DNA from: Candidatus Obscuribacteraceae bacterium
GTDB taxonomy: Bacteria; Cyanobacteriota; Vampirovibrionia; Obscuribacterales; Obscuribacteraceae
Reading direction: 5' to 3'
Assembly (NCBI GenBank): GCA_044229845.1
Contig: JBGASG010000004.1
Location: 352,001-416,000, forward strand
Length of the DNA stretch: 64,000 nucleotides
Shown here: piece by piece, positions 19,419 to 28,980 of the stretch
How the letters are laid out: every line of letters starts with the position of its first letter
Numbering within the stretch: position 1 is the stretch's first letter
Program-made: the position numbers and the translations under genes
The notes under the pieces: generated by a model
Seen by the model: only the letters and a program-made list of their open reading frames with translations
Database searches by the model: none
Told to the model about the DNA's origin: nothing

Positions 19419-20609
19419 TCAGCTGCAAACCCGAGTCAGGTACTGATGCAGCGAATGCCAAGCCGAGTTTCCCTGGCGTTGGCGGCGCCAGCTTTTGTGA
19501 ACGGGGAAGCTTCCTGGGGGCAAGATCTGAGAAGGTCGACGACTCTTCACGTGTTCTCCGGACGAAAACTCAAGCATGGTGCCGTCCCGCCCGTAAAAAC
19601 GGAATCCGCAAAGTTGCCCAGTGCCACCATGGTCGGTGCCCTGGCAAGCCACCTTCGTGGCCATGCGGAAGCCGTCACGGCTGAAGAATGCAGTGATGTA
19701 CTTATCCCGGCAGAAGTGCATGGCAGCCATGCGTCGCTCGACGTGGAAGCCATGGATCAGGTCGACAGCGAAGAATTGCCCGTCTTGCGTGTGCAGATAG
19801 AAACAGCCGAGTGGATCGACGGTCATGGACACACCGCTGGCGCGCACGCGTCCTTCCTGGTCGCGCACCACCACCCCGTGGCGATCGGCTTCTCCACGGC
19901 TGTGCGTGCGTCCGTGCGAGTCGGTGCGCACAAAAGACTCCAGTTTGCCGCCAGCCGAATAGCGCAGCCAGAGCGTCTCTCCGCGAGCCGAGCGTACCTC
20001 CGTCACGCGTCCCAGAACATCTTTGGTGATGAAACCGCCGCACGCAAAACTTTCCACCCGCTGTCCGTCGGGCATCAGCTCTACATGCGCCGGCAGTGCA
20101 GCAAAGCCGGTTTCTTTACCGGCATCCGGTCCGAAATACGAAACGGCGACGCCGTCGTCCGACTCGTCAGCGGCATGGGTTTCGACATCATCGAATCCAA
20201 GTCCGGATTCAAACTCGAATTCGCAGTCCTCGCCATTCTCGCCATCGTGGTCGTCGTAGGGCGCTTGCTGCAGGAGGAACTCCCGCATGCGGGCGAGCAA
20301 CGCCGGCGGGCGCCCCGTGGGTTGCGCCGTGGCGATAGCGGTGGCAGTCATGGCCGCCGCCGTATCCACGAGAACCGTTCCGTTGACAGCGGCAGTCGCG
20401 CCGGACACTCCTGCTTCGCCTTCGCCGCCGGCTGCGCGCGTCGGTGAAAAATCGACATCAGGCGGCAGCGGCACTGGGTGTTCGAAAGTGACGATGGTTA
20501 GATTATCTGGTGATAATGGTGGCAAGTTTTGGTCGCACGGCAGATTGCCACGGACTAAGCCGCGACGCGTGTGTCGAGGTGCTTTCCCTGCCTGTATGAG
20601 ATTCTCCAC
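19419..20609 (-). CDS. Hypothetical protein: acidic disordered N-terminus, beta-rich C-terminal domain
   Basis: Long ORF in a co-oriented gene run; YD-like segment DVLGRVTEV. Confidence 0.7.
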   Translation of the reverse strand: MENLIQAGKAPRHTRRGLVRGNLPCDQNLPPLSPDNLTIVTFEHPVPLPPDVDFSPTRAAGGEGEAGVSGATAAVNGTVLVDTAAAMTATAIATAQPTGRPPALLARMREFLLQQAPYDDHDGENGEDCEFEFESGLGFDDVETHAADESDDGVAVSYFGPDAGKETGFAALPAHVELMPDGQRVESFACGGFITKDVLGRVTEVRSARGETLWLRYSAGGKLESFVRTDSHGRTHSRGEADRHGVVVRDQEGRVRASGVSMTVDPLGCFYLHTQDGQFFAVDLIHGFHVERRMAAMHFCRDKYITAFFSRDGFRMATKVACQGTDHGGTGQLCGFRFYGRDGTMLEFSSGEHVKSRRPSQILPPGSFPVHKSWRRQRQGNSAWHSLHQYLTRVCS

Positions 20610-20656
20610 GAATCAGCCCGCCATCAGCTGTCCAGAGTCCTCATGATACTAACACG

Positions 20657-22276
20657 CTATTTGGTTTTTCGGTTCCATTCTTCAATAGAATTTCGGGTTT
20701 CAACCGTGAGCCAGCCGCGCACTTGCAGTGACTCCGCCATGCGTAAACCTGAAGTTCGTTCGTCGTAGATAGCGACCTGGAACTGCGCCATGGTTATGCG
20801 ACCTTGCGCTAGTAGTGTCTCTCCCAGTTTCAGCGACGCCAGTTCTTGCGGCTGCACATAACCGGCGTTGAGAATCAGTTTTTCCACCGGAATATTGGGC
20901 GCCAGTTGCATCTGCGCTTGCAGCGCCTTCACTTCCAGAGAGCCGATGAATTGCGCGGCTTCCATGAGTTGGATGATGCGCGGCACCGGTATTTTGACTT
21001 CGGCACGCGGGGCATAGAGGTCGCGCTCTGTAAATACGAATTCTTCTTTCTTCGGCTCGCTGAGCTTCTTCTTCATTGCCGGCTTGGCAGGAATCTCGAC
21101 TTTGTCGAAACGCGGCACGGCATCGCCGGCGGCCAGCGGTGACGGCAGATCAATCGGGATTTCGGTATCGGCCGCCGGTAGTGGCGCGGTTGGTGGCGTG
21201 CCGATCGACGGATCGTAGGCGACAAACTCGGCGGTGATGTGCTCGTGCGTCGGCGGGCTGGTATCCACTTCGGAGCCGATCGGCAGCCGGCGCTCTTCCG
21301 CGGCCGGTGCAGCCGTTTCCGGGATGGTCGGCAGTGGTGGCGTGATTGGTGGCACCGCTTCGGCGGGAGCCTGGTCGCCACCATTGGCGGAGGCAGCTTC
21401 GAATGCCAGGTCGGCGAGCGGCGGCAGAGGCGGGGTGGGCGTTTCCGCAGCAGCGGGCGCCGGCACTTCTTCGACTGCCGGCGCGACAGGCACGGGTGGA
21501 AGTTCCACCGGCGGCGGCGGTTCCATCGGGATTTCCACTGGTGCTTCGACCGGTGGCGGTGGCAGCGGAGTAGCTTCGACCGGAGCTGGAGCCGGGATTT
21601 CGGCTGCTGCAGCTGGAACCGGAGCAGGGGTCGGCTCGGCCGGTTCGGCGACCGGCGCCACGGGAGTGGGCGGCTTAGGCGGCGCAGTCGGCGTGCCAAG
21701 CGATGGAATGACAGGTTTGGGAGGCGTTACACCCTCGGCGAGAGCCGGCTTCGCGGCTTCGGCAGCAGCGGCGGCCGCGGCGGCAGCGGCTTTGATATCG
21801 GCGACCGAAACAGCCGGCACGCCCGTGACTGTGTCTTCTTGCGAGACTTCCGGTCTGGCCACTTCGGGCGTCTCGAACAACCAGCGGCGCACAACCACCA
21901 GGTCGTGACTCAAGCGCAGACGCGGTTTGCGCAGAATAAACCCGGCATTGAGAAGAGTGTTGTATTCGTTTTTGGCTTCGCGCACCTTGCGGTCGCGGAG
22001 AAACTTTCTTACTTTGCGCAGGTAGGCGGCAATCACGCTGCTCGAGCTGGATTGAGCGCGGATTCCCAACAGTTCGTAGTAATTGGCCTTGTTGCTCGGC
22101 CCGTCGGTTTTGTCTTCCGGCGGCGGCAGCAAATCAGGGAAAAGGTGCGACAGCTCCCTGACGGAAGTAAATGAGCCTATCTTGTCTTTCAGGTTCCAGC
22201 TTTGTCGTAAAGCGGCGCAAAGAACTTGTGATTCAAGTTCGACGCGGTTTACGGGACCTGCCCCTTTTGCCTGCAT
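20657..22276 (-). CDS. J-domain-like N-terminus, Pro/Ala linker and MshEN-like C-terminal repeats
   Basis: NYYELLGI without HPD; KLGETLLAQGRITMAQFQVAI, RMAESLQVRGWL. Confidence 0.8.
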   Translation of the reverse strand: MQAKGAGPVNRVELESQVLCAALRQSWNLKDKIGSFTSVRELSHLFPDLLPPPEDKTDGPSNKANYYELLGIRAQSSSSSVIAAYLRKVRKFLRDRKVREAKNEYNTLLNAGFILRKPRLRLSHDLVVVRRWLFETPEVARPEVSQEDTVTGVPAVSVADIKAAAAAAAAAAEAAKPALAEGVTPPKPVIPSLGTPTAPPKPPTPVAPVAEPAEPTPAPVPAAAAEIPAPAPVEATPLPPPPVEAPVEIPMEPPPPVELPPVPVAPAVEEVPAPAAAETPTPPLPPLADLAFEAASANGGDQAPAEAVPPITPPLPTIPETAAPAAEERRLPIGSEVDTSPPTHEHITAEFVAYDPSIGTPPTAPLPAADTEIPIDLPSPLAAGDAVPRFDKVEIPAKPAMKKKLSEPKKEEFVFTERDLYAPRAEVKIPVPRIIQLMEAAQFIGSLEVKALQAQMQLAPNIPVEKLILNAGYVQPQELASLKLGETLLAQGRITMAQFQVAIYDERTSGLRMAESLQVRGWLTVETRNSIEEWNRKTK

Positions 22277-22366
22277 ATCTGGGCTTCGCTTTCCTAATTG
22301 CCAACTGAACTCAAGGTGTGACTCGCCTATTGGCGCGCCCCATTACTAAGATACCCCTCGCGCGGA

Positions 22367-22807
22367 TTATTTATTGTCATTGAGGAGATGGAAAGTAATA
22401 TCCGTCTCGCCAATTTTTATTTTGTCACCGGATGTGAGCAAAATGCGCTTTTGAACCGGTTGTTCGTTAAGTAGTGTGCCGTTGGTCGAACCCAGGTCCT
22501 CAAGCCAGAATTTGTCTTGCTCGAAAGTTACCCAGGCGTGATAACGCGATACAAAGAGGTCGTCCAGAAGGACAATCTGATTGGCGGGATCACGACCGAT
22601 GCGCACCCAGCGAGTAGTGATCGGCAGTTTCCGATTTTCAGCTTCGATAGAAAGCTCCGCCATGAGAGGGATCGCCTCGCTGGCGTACTGCTGTGAGAAA
22701 CCGCAGCAGACGCCGGACTCTGGAACATCCTCTCCGCAGGCCGGACAGATGGTCTTTTTATCGGAACCTTTACTGGTCATGCCAACCGAACTAGTGTGTA
22801 CAGTCAC
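22367..22807 (-). CDS. FHA-domain protein with N-terminal Cys cluster (alternative start 22780)
   Basis: IGRDPAN, VSRYHA, DLGSTNGT; CPACG...VCC. Confidence 0.9.
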   Translation of the reverse strand: MTVHTSSVGMTSKGSDKKTICPACGEDVPESGVCCGFSQQYASEAIPLMAELSIEAENRKLPITTRWVRIGRDPANQIVLLDDLFVSRYHAWVTFEQDKFWLEDLGSTNGTLLNEQPVQKRILLTSGDKIKIGETDITFHLLNDNK

Positions 22808-22911
22808 AAGACATTATAGCGGTTTATGCAGTCCGCTAAAAAGCTCAAAAGGCGCTAGCCAAGCGGCATTCCGCTTGCAGGCGAGCGTTGGGCAGACCCG
22901 GTGGGATCGAA

Positions 22912-23250
22912 TCAGGTGGCAGTGTTGACTGAAGACTCTGCGCTTTCCGCAGATTCTTCTGTGGTTTGAACATCGCGCTTCTTCGTCTGGAAGCAATATG
23001 CGCAGTACACAGGTCTATATCCTTTCGGCTGGAAAGGAACCCGCGTCGGCACACCACACTCGGCGCAGCTGACTTCGGCTGCACGACTTGCGTCTTCGCC
23101 GTTTCGCTGAATGCGCATCAGCAATCGGCAGTTGGGGCAACGCTTAGGCTCGTTGACGAGCCCCTTGGTGGAGAAAAAGTCTTGTTCGCCGGCTGAAAAA
23201 ATGAAGGTCTTATTGCAGTCGCGGCACGTTAGGTTTTTGTCGTCGAACAT
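22912..23250 (-). CDS. Double zinc-ribbon (CxxC-x17-CxxC type) protein
   Basis: LTCRDC...GEQDFF...PKRCPNC; CAECG...VPFQP...VYCAYC. Confidence 0.92.
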   Translation of the reverse strand: MFDDKNLTCRDCNKTFIFSAGEQDFFSTKGLVNEPKRCPNCRLLMRIQRNGEDASRAAEVSCAECGVPTRVPFQPKGYRPVYCAYCFQTKKRDVQTTEESAESAESSVNTAT

Positions 23251-23453
23251 TCTGCTGGATACCTTGAAAAGCGGACTACAAATGTCAACATTCGCGCAGG
23301 GACGGGGTTGCCCCAGTGATTATTGTCGACATTTGTAGCCATGCTATCACGCCAAGTCCCAGTCTGGAAGGTTTTCGCCTCTGGACTCGGGGAAATCGTG
23401 ACTAATGTAGGATTCGCCCATTAGGGGTTTTCCCCACATGCCAAGCACGCCTC

Positions 23454-24437
23454 CTATCCGGGTATTCGCTTACGCGGCGCCCTTGCATAAACACCGGCAT
23501 CGAGCGCGACTGCTTGACCGCAAAAATGGGCAGCAGCCGCCACCATAGCAGCATTGTCGGTGCAGAGCGACATCTTAGGATAGAAAACCGGCACTTTTGC
23601 CGAGTCACTCAACCGCTTACGCAGGGCTGAGTTCGCCGCCACACCGCCAGCCAGCACTATCGCCGGCGCGGCCGTTTCTGCTTGCGCTTTGATGGTCTTC
23701 TTGACCAGGACACGCGTCACGGCGTCCTGAAAGGACGCGCAGAGATCTTCTAAAGGCAGCGGCGGCGAAAGTTTCTCGCAGGTGCGCAGAACCGCAGTCT
23801 TCAGTCCGCTGAAGCTGAAATCGTAGCCGGCCACCACCCCTTCAGGAAACGGGAAGGCTGTTGGGTTTCCCTGTTGGGCCAGTTTGTCGACCAGTGGTCC
23901 GCCCGGATACCCCAGCCCCAGCAGCCTGGCGACCTTGTCGTACGCTTCTCCGGCGGCATCATCCAGGGTCTGCCCGAGAATCTTGCCTTGTCCATAACCT
24001 TCGAAGTGAATGATTTGCGTATGCCCGCCGCTGACAAGCAGCGCGATGAAAGGCGGTTGCAGGTCGGTATCAATGAAATTGGCGCAGACATGAGCCAGAA
24101 GGTGGTCGACAGCAACCAGCGGTTTGTCGTAGACGAACGCCATGGCTTTGGCTACGGAAAGCCCCGCCAACAGCGTGCCGATCAGTCCCGGTCCAGCGGT
24201 ATAGGCGATGCCGTCCAGGCTGTCGGGTGCCAGACCGGACTCAGCGAGACTTTCGGCGACGATTTCATTCACCGTCTCGAGATGCTGACGGGCCGCCACT
24301 TCCGGCACGACACCGCCGAATTTCTTGTGGGTCTCAATCTGGGAGACGACCTTGCTGGAGAGCACTTTTCGACCATCAGCGACGACGGCGGCGGCGGTTT
24401 CGTCGCAGCTGGTTTCAATTGCCAAAAAAGTGCCCAT
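23454..24437 (-). CDS. tsaD: tRNA N6-threonylcarbamoyltransferase complex subunit TsaD
   Basis: LAIETSCDETAAA, GGVVPEVAARQH, LLVSGGHT, DDAAGEAYDK, CTDNAAMV. Confidence 0.97.
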   Translation of the reverse strand: MGTFLAIETSCDETAAAVVADGRKVLSSKVVSQIETHKKFGGVVPEVAARQHLETVNEIVAESLAESGLAPDSLDGIAYTAGPGLIGTLLAGLSVAKAMAFVYDKPLVAVDHLLAHVCANFIDTDLQPPFIALLVSGGHTQIIHFEGYGQGKILGQTLDDAAGEAYDKVARLLGLGYPGGPLVDKLAQQGNPTAFPFPEGVVAGYDFSFSGLKTAVLRTCEKLSPPLPLEDLCASFQDAVTRVLVKKTIKAQAETAAPAIVLAGGVAANSALRKRLSDSAKVPVFYPKMSLCTDNAAMVAAAAHFCGQAVALDAGVYARAPRKRIPG

Positions 24438-24513
24438 AATTTTGCTCTCCGTGGAACATTGTATTGGGTAGCGAGCGCCGCTTTCCGACCGGGTTCTCAG
24501 GACTTGATTTCTA

Positions 24514-24542
24514 TTGACAATTACCCTTAAAAACCGTACGAT
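24514..24542 (+). promoter_or_regulatory. Sigma70-type promoter for the secreted-protein trio
   Basis: TTGACA-17 nt-TACGAT. Confidence 0.7.
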
Positions 24543-24632
24543 TAGCGTGCGGCTAGTGTCGCTACTGCGCCGCCTTACTAAACAAACGAAAAACGCCCTC
24601 CCAGCCCAAACCCTTCCACAGGTGTTTTTGCT

Positions 24633-25235
24633 ATGAAAAAGCTTTCCCAAGTCGGCCTTCTGGTAGCTGTCTCGCTGTGTCTGACCGTGCCCGCGGCGCG
24701 CGCAGACTGGGACGATTTCGTGAACACGCCCACTATTTCGGGTGAAGCTAGCATCGATGGCAGCGGCAATGTCAGCGGTTCCGTCAGTGCGGAATTCGGC
24801 AGCGGCTCCGGTGCCACAGCCGGATTCGGCAACGGTTCGGGCAGCGGCGGCGGTGGTGGCGGCGGCGGCGGTGGCGTCGGACAGGCTGCCACCGGGGATG
24901 GTGCTAACACAACCGACACCAGCGGACAGGGCACCGACAACCAGTACGTCCATCTCAACGACTATGGGCAGCAGTTGATCGAAGCGCCGGCTCGCAACAA
25001 GAGCAACTACACGTCGCAAAATCAGTATCAACAACTGACCGAGGGCAACGAGACCAGCACCGAGCTGATGGCCCCCGAATCGGTTTCGGGCAGACCGATC
25101 CCATCTGGCTCATTCAAACTCGGCTTCCCGGGTCGCACCGGCGGCGTCGCGCCGACCAACATGAATCCGTGGCAGGGAACTATTGCTCCACCTTGCAGCA
25201 CCACTTCGTGCGATTTCAACGTCGTCGATCTCTAA
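24633..25235 (+). CDS. Secreted Gly-rich hypothetical protein (paralog 1)
   Basis: Signal peptide ending ARA; poly-Gly; AATGDGANTT, ETSTELMAPESVS. Confidence 0.85.
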   Translation: MKKLSQVGLLVAVSLCLTVPAARADWDDFVNTPTISGEASIDGSGNVSGSVSAEFGSGSGATAGFGNGSGSGGGGGGGGGGVGQAATGDGANTTDTSGQGTDNQYVHLNDYGQQLIEAPARNKSNYTSQNQYQQLTEGNETSTELMAPESVSGRPIPSGSFKLGFPGRTGGVAPTNMNPWQGTIAPPCSTTSCDFNVVDL

Positions 25236-25849
25236 TGAAGAAATCCGTTCTCACTTCCGCTTCGCTGATTGCCTTCGTTCTGTGCACGCCGCTAGTGAAG
25301 GCGCAGAATGCCGGCACCGCCGCGACGGGTGATGGCGCCAACACCACACAAACTACGTTTCAGAACAACGGCGCCACGCAAGTGAAGCACGACAACAGCG
25401 CCTTCGACCGGTCTCAACCACTGGGCACCGGACAGGGCGTCGGCAAGGACACGAAGTCGACAAAAACAAAAGACTATCTGGAAAATTCTGAGAATGGAGG
25501 ACTGCCTGAGACTTCTACTAAATTGATGGCTCCAGATTCGGTCAGCCCGAAGCCAATCGGCAGACAGGCTCAGACTCTCGGCTTTCAGAAAGGCATCGAC
25601 GAAGAGTACAAAGGCCCATATCAAACGTCCGGTGCATCCGGCGGCACGCTGCCGTACACGTCGACGGGCGCAGTGGATATCGATATCATCGGCGGCGGCT
25701 CCAGTGGCGGCGGCGTTGATGGCGTTCCGGACGGCGTTCCGGCTTCGCAATGGAAATCCAATAAATCTCAATGGGGCTCATATCAAAACGATGATGCAGC
25801 GCCGACCTACGGATTGGAGGATTCATACGGTTTCATCGGTGACGATTGA
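25235..25849 (+). CDS. Secreted hypothetical protein (paralog 2)
   Basis: TAATG coupling; signal peptide; AATGDGANTT, ETSTKLMAPDSVS. Confidence 0.85.
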   Translation: MKKSVLTSASLIAFVLCTPLVKAQNAGTAATGDGANTTQTTFQNNGATQVKHDNSAFDRSQPLGTGQGVGKDTKSTKTKDYLENSENGGLPETSTKLMAPDSVSPKPIGRQAQTLGFQKGIDEEYKGPYQTSGASGGTLPYTSTGAVDIDIIGGGSSGGGVDGVPDGVPASQWKSNKSQWGSYQNDDAAPTYGLEDSYGFIGDD

Positions 25850-25866
25850 TCAGTCAGAGGATTCGC

Positions 25867-26439
25867 ATGATGTTCAAAAAATTACTAGTAGTTATGGCTG
25901 TCAGCCTGGCAATGGCACCGGCTTGCTACGCCCAGGGTGATGTGAACGGCTGGGCCGACACCGGCGACCAGGGCATTCAGCACGACACCGGTCCGACACC
26001 GGGCAATCTCAACAACATAAATGAGAACCCCGATGCCGACAAAACGCGTACCGGCGGTGATGGAGATGCTCGCGTCGGCGGTTACGGTGAAAACAACGGC
26101 ATCGATATCAAGCCGCTCGATCTGCCCGGTCAGGCCAGCAATGGCGGTCCGGACGGCGGGGTCGGTTCAGGCGCGGCAACCGGCATGCCGATTCTCGGGA
26201 CTTTCGTTGCTCCCAACAACCTGGCTTTGAGAAACAACGGCTGGCGTCGCCTGCCGGAAACACGCCTGGACAGTTTCGTCAAAGAATCCGGCTACAACGA
26301 CATGATCTATGGTGATGAAGGGACCGACGGCCCGCCGCCGTATGACGACTTCCTATATATTAATGACGGTATCACCTCCGGCGGTCTGACCACCGGACAC
26401 CCAAGCGATGCGCCGTCTGCCTGGGGCTGGCCCAACTAG
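25867..26439 (+). CDS. Secreted Gly/Asp/Asn-rich hypothetical protein
   Basis: GAGG RBS; signal peptide; ADTGDQG, LPETRLDSFV, YGDEG, GLTTGH. Confidence 0.85.
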   Translation: MMFKKLLVVMAVSLAMAPACYAQGDVNGWADTGDQGIQHDTGPTPGNLNNINENPDADKTRTGGDGDARVGGYGENNGIDIKPLDLPGQASNGGPDGGVGSGAATGMPILGTFVAPNNLALRNNGWRRLPETRLDSFVKESGYNDMIYGDEGTDGPPPYDDFLYINDGITSGGLTTGHPSDAPSAWGWPN

Positions 26440-26657
26440 ACCCACCGCACTAAGCAGTCCAATCCATCATGCAAAATCCACACGGGCGAACTCAGGTTCG
26501 CCCGTCTCTTTACTGCCACTCGGTACGACAACGCAGCGTTGCACCACATATGGTGCAGGGCGCTCTAGCGCCGAAGAGCCCCGCGGCACGCGCGGCTACA
26601 TTACAGATCGGATGCCAACACGATAAAATGGCTCAACCTTTTAATGGGGGCTATTCG

Positions 26658-27050
26658 ATGTTCCAGGTCATCTCTACTGACAAGGCGCCGCAAGCTGTCG
26701 GTCCTTATTCGCAAGCTGTGATCGCGAACGGTTTTGTCTTCCTTTCAGGACAAATTCCGCTCGACCCGGCCACCGGCACCATCGTCGATGGCTCGATTGC
26801 CGATCAAACAAGGCGAGTGCTCAACAATTTGTCTTCGGTTTTAAAAAGTGTCGGCACCGATCTCGATGCAGTCGTAAAAACAACAGTCTTCATGAAAGAC
26901 CTCGGGCAGTTCGACGAAATGAACAAGACGTACGCTGAATTTTTCACCGGCAACAAGCCGGCCCGCGCGACGGTCGAAGTTTCAAAATTGCCGAAAGGCG
27001 CTAACATCGAAATCGAAGCAATCGCTCTGATCAAAGACTCGCCCAACTAA
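26658..27050 (+). CDS. ridA: RidA/YjgF family enamine/imine deaminase
   Basis: APQAVGPYSQA, FLSGQIPLDP, PARATVEV, IEIEAIA. Confidence 0.93.
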   Translation: MFQVISTDKAPQAVGPYSQAVIANGFVFLSGQIPLDPATGTIVDGSIADQTRRVLNNLSSVLKSVGTDLDAVVKTTVFMKDLGQFDEMNKTYAEFFTGNKPARATVEVSKLPKGANIEIEAIALIKDSPN

Positions 27051-27076
27051 CCAGACAGCATTGAGTCGCAACAAAA

Positions 27077-27664
27077 TTGGACGTCCAGTACCTCCCACTT
27101 CACATTTGCGCCGTTCTGGTAGCCTCGATTGCCGTCTACACCGACGTGCGCACGCGCAAGATACCAAATAAGCTGACATTTCCGGCAGCATTCCTGGGTC
27201 TGATTCTCAGCATTATCTGGTATGCCTACAGCTCGACTCTCGGGCTCTGGCCTGCCATCGTAGCTGGTGCACTGCATTCGGTGCTCGGCTGGTTTGCTGG
27301 CGTTGTGCCGATGACCATCATCAAAATCTTTCTGCGTCAGATGGGACACGGCGACACCAAACTGATGGCAGCCATCGGCGCCTTCGTTGGACCGAAGACT
27401 CTCTTCATCATTTTTCTGTACTACAGTTTTTGCTACGGACTGTATGCGATTTTCGCCATCGGCAAGGTGTTTCCGTGGATGCAAGTGTTGATGTCGCAAG
27501 AAGCCGATCGCGCCGGCATCAGTGAAAACATGCCGGACGTCGACTTCAAGGAAGTGACCAAGGCCCGCAAGCAATTGATTCCCGTCGCACCGTTCATTTG
27601 GGGCGGCACAATACTTGGACTCTTGCTCGAACTGCCGACTGAAGCTCTTTTGGGAATTAAGTAG
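27077..27664 (+). CDS. cpaA: A24 prepilin peptidase (CpaA/TadV-like)
   Basis: YTDVRTRKIPN, MGHGDTKL, IPVAPFI; adjacent to the Tad genes. Confidence 0.85.
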   Translation: MDVQYLPLHICAVLVASIAVYTDVRTRKIPNKLTFPAAFLGLILSIIWYAYSSTLGLWPAIVAGALHSVLGWFAGVVPMTIIKIFLRQMGHGDTKLMAAIGAFVGPKTLFIIFLYYSFCYGLYAIFAIGKVFPWMQVLMSQEADRAGISENMPDVDFKEVTKARKQLIPVAPFIWGGTILGLLLELPTEALLGIK

Positions 27665-28040
27665 AGCGCGTCCGGATGACGACCTGATCGCCTTCCACTG
27701 TGCCGGTTTCCTTCAGCACTCCCGCCGGCAACTCCAGACAACTGCGCGCACTCAAAAAGTTTCTTGAAAGCTGCCCAGGTTCTATCGAATGAACGAGTCC
27801 GACCACCTTGTAATGTTTGTCCATGAACAGTGCATCGATAGCGTACTGCATGCCGATCATGTGAATCGCGGAGCAGGGATCTATCAAAAGACCCTCGCCC
27901 GCGGGGAGCGAAGTGGTGCCTAAAAGACCGCGCATACGCCCGACGAAGTCATTGGCGACGCGAGTATTTTCAGCCAGCATGACGTCACGAGATTCGTTGT
28001 AGAACGAAACACGATCGCCCGATTTGAGCTTTGTCGCCAC
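27657..28040 (-). CDS. DUF192 family protein
   Basis: RMRGLLG, GLLIDPCSAIHM, LELPAG. Confidence 0.9.
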   Translation of the reverse strand: MATKLKSGDRVSFYNESRDVMLAENTRVANDFVGRMRGLLGTTSLPAGEGLLIDPCSAIHMIGMQYAIDALFMDKHYKVVGLVHSIEPGQLSRNFLSARSCLELPAGVLKETGTVEGDQVVIRTRST

Positions 28041-28050
28041 CTGCGGCTAT

Positions 28051-28971
28051 CTACTTGGTACCGAACACAGGTCCCAGTGCCTGCATGATTGTGATGACGG
28101 CTGGTCCAAGCATTGGGCAGAGAATCAGAGGCATAACGAAGAGCATGATTACCGGCACCATTTTGACTGGTACTTTCGATGCTTCTTCTTCTTTCTTACG
28201 CTTCATCTTGTCGCGCAGCGCGATTGCTTGCTGCTTGAGCGGATAGCTGATGTCCGAACCTTTCGATTCTGCGGCGATCAATGAAGAGCAGATCTGCGCC
28301 AGTTCTTCTACACCGCAGCGATCTCCCATGTCTTTGAGAGCTACCGGCACCGGCTTCGCGAATACTTTCACGTCCTGCAGCATCTGAGTGATTTCAGCTG
28401 AAAGAATCGGGCAGGACTCGACGACTTCCTGAGACACTTTCTGCATACACATGAGCAAGCCGAGACCGGCTTGTGCGCAAACGATCAAAAGATCGATGAC
28501 GGTGGGAAGTTCGTTGACCAGCTTGTTCTGGCGCTTTCTCACCCGACCGGCCAGGAAGAAGTTGGGCATCAACCACGACACGGCAACGGCTGGAACGATC
28601 AGCAATACTTTGAAGATTTCGCCGCCCGACGAGATCAAGATGGACAGGGCGAGACCGATGGCCATGATCGCCTTGATACCGATGAATGTCGCCATGTGCT
28701 CCGGAGTCCGGTAGTTGGCGTACATCATCAAGTCTTGCGTACGTTGGTCCACCAGGTTGGGGAACATCTTCAGTACGCTGTCCCCGACCGCTTTCGAGGT
28801 ACTGAGAATCACCGATTCTTTCGGTGCTTCAGCGGCCTGGTTAGTTTCCTTCTTGCGCGGTCTGACACGCACACCATACGCATCGAAGTGTTCTTTGTAG
28901 AGCGGTATGTAGAGCATCAGTCCTACCAATACCACCAACCCGAATGCTAAAAAACCCGCAACAGCTGTCAT
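28051..28971 (-). CDS. tadC: Tad pilus inner-membrane platform protein TadC (T2SSF domain)
   Basis: ELPTVIDLLIVCAQAGLGL, EEASKVPVKMVP; follows tadB. Confidence 0.9.
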   Translation of the reverse strand: MTAVAGFLAFGLVVLVGLMLYIPLYKEHFDAYGVRVRPRKKETNQAAEAPKESVILSTSKAVGDSVLKMFPNLVDQRTQDLMMYANYRTPEHMATFIGIKAIMAIGLALSILISSGGEIFKVLLIVPAVAVSWLMPNFFLAGRVRKRQNKLVNELPTVIDLLIVCAQAGLGLLMCMQKVSQEVVESCPILSAEITQMLQDVKVFAKPVPVALKDMGDRCGVEELAQICSSLIAAESKGSDISYPLKQQAIALRDKMKRKKEEEASKVPVKMVPVIMLFVMPLILCPMLGPAVITIMQALGPVFGTK

Positions 28972-28980
28972 AGGATTTGC

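Noticed and set aside
24438..25034. Apparent ~200-aa N-terminal extension of TsaD in the ORF track
   Set aside because: It overlaps the divergent secreted gene and its promoter; TsaD homology starts at ATG 24437
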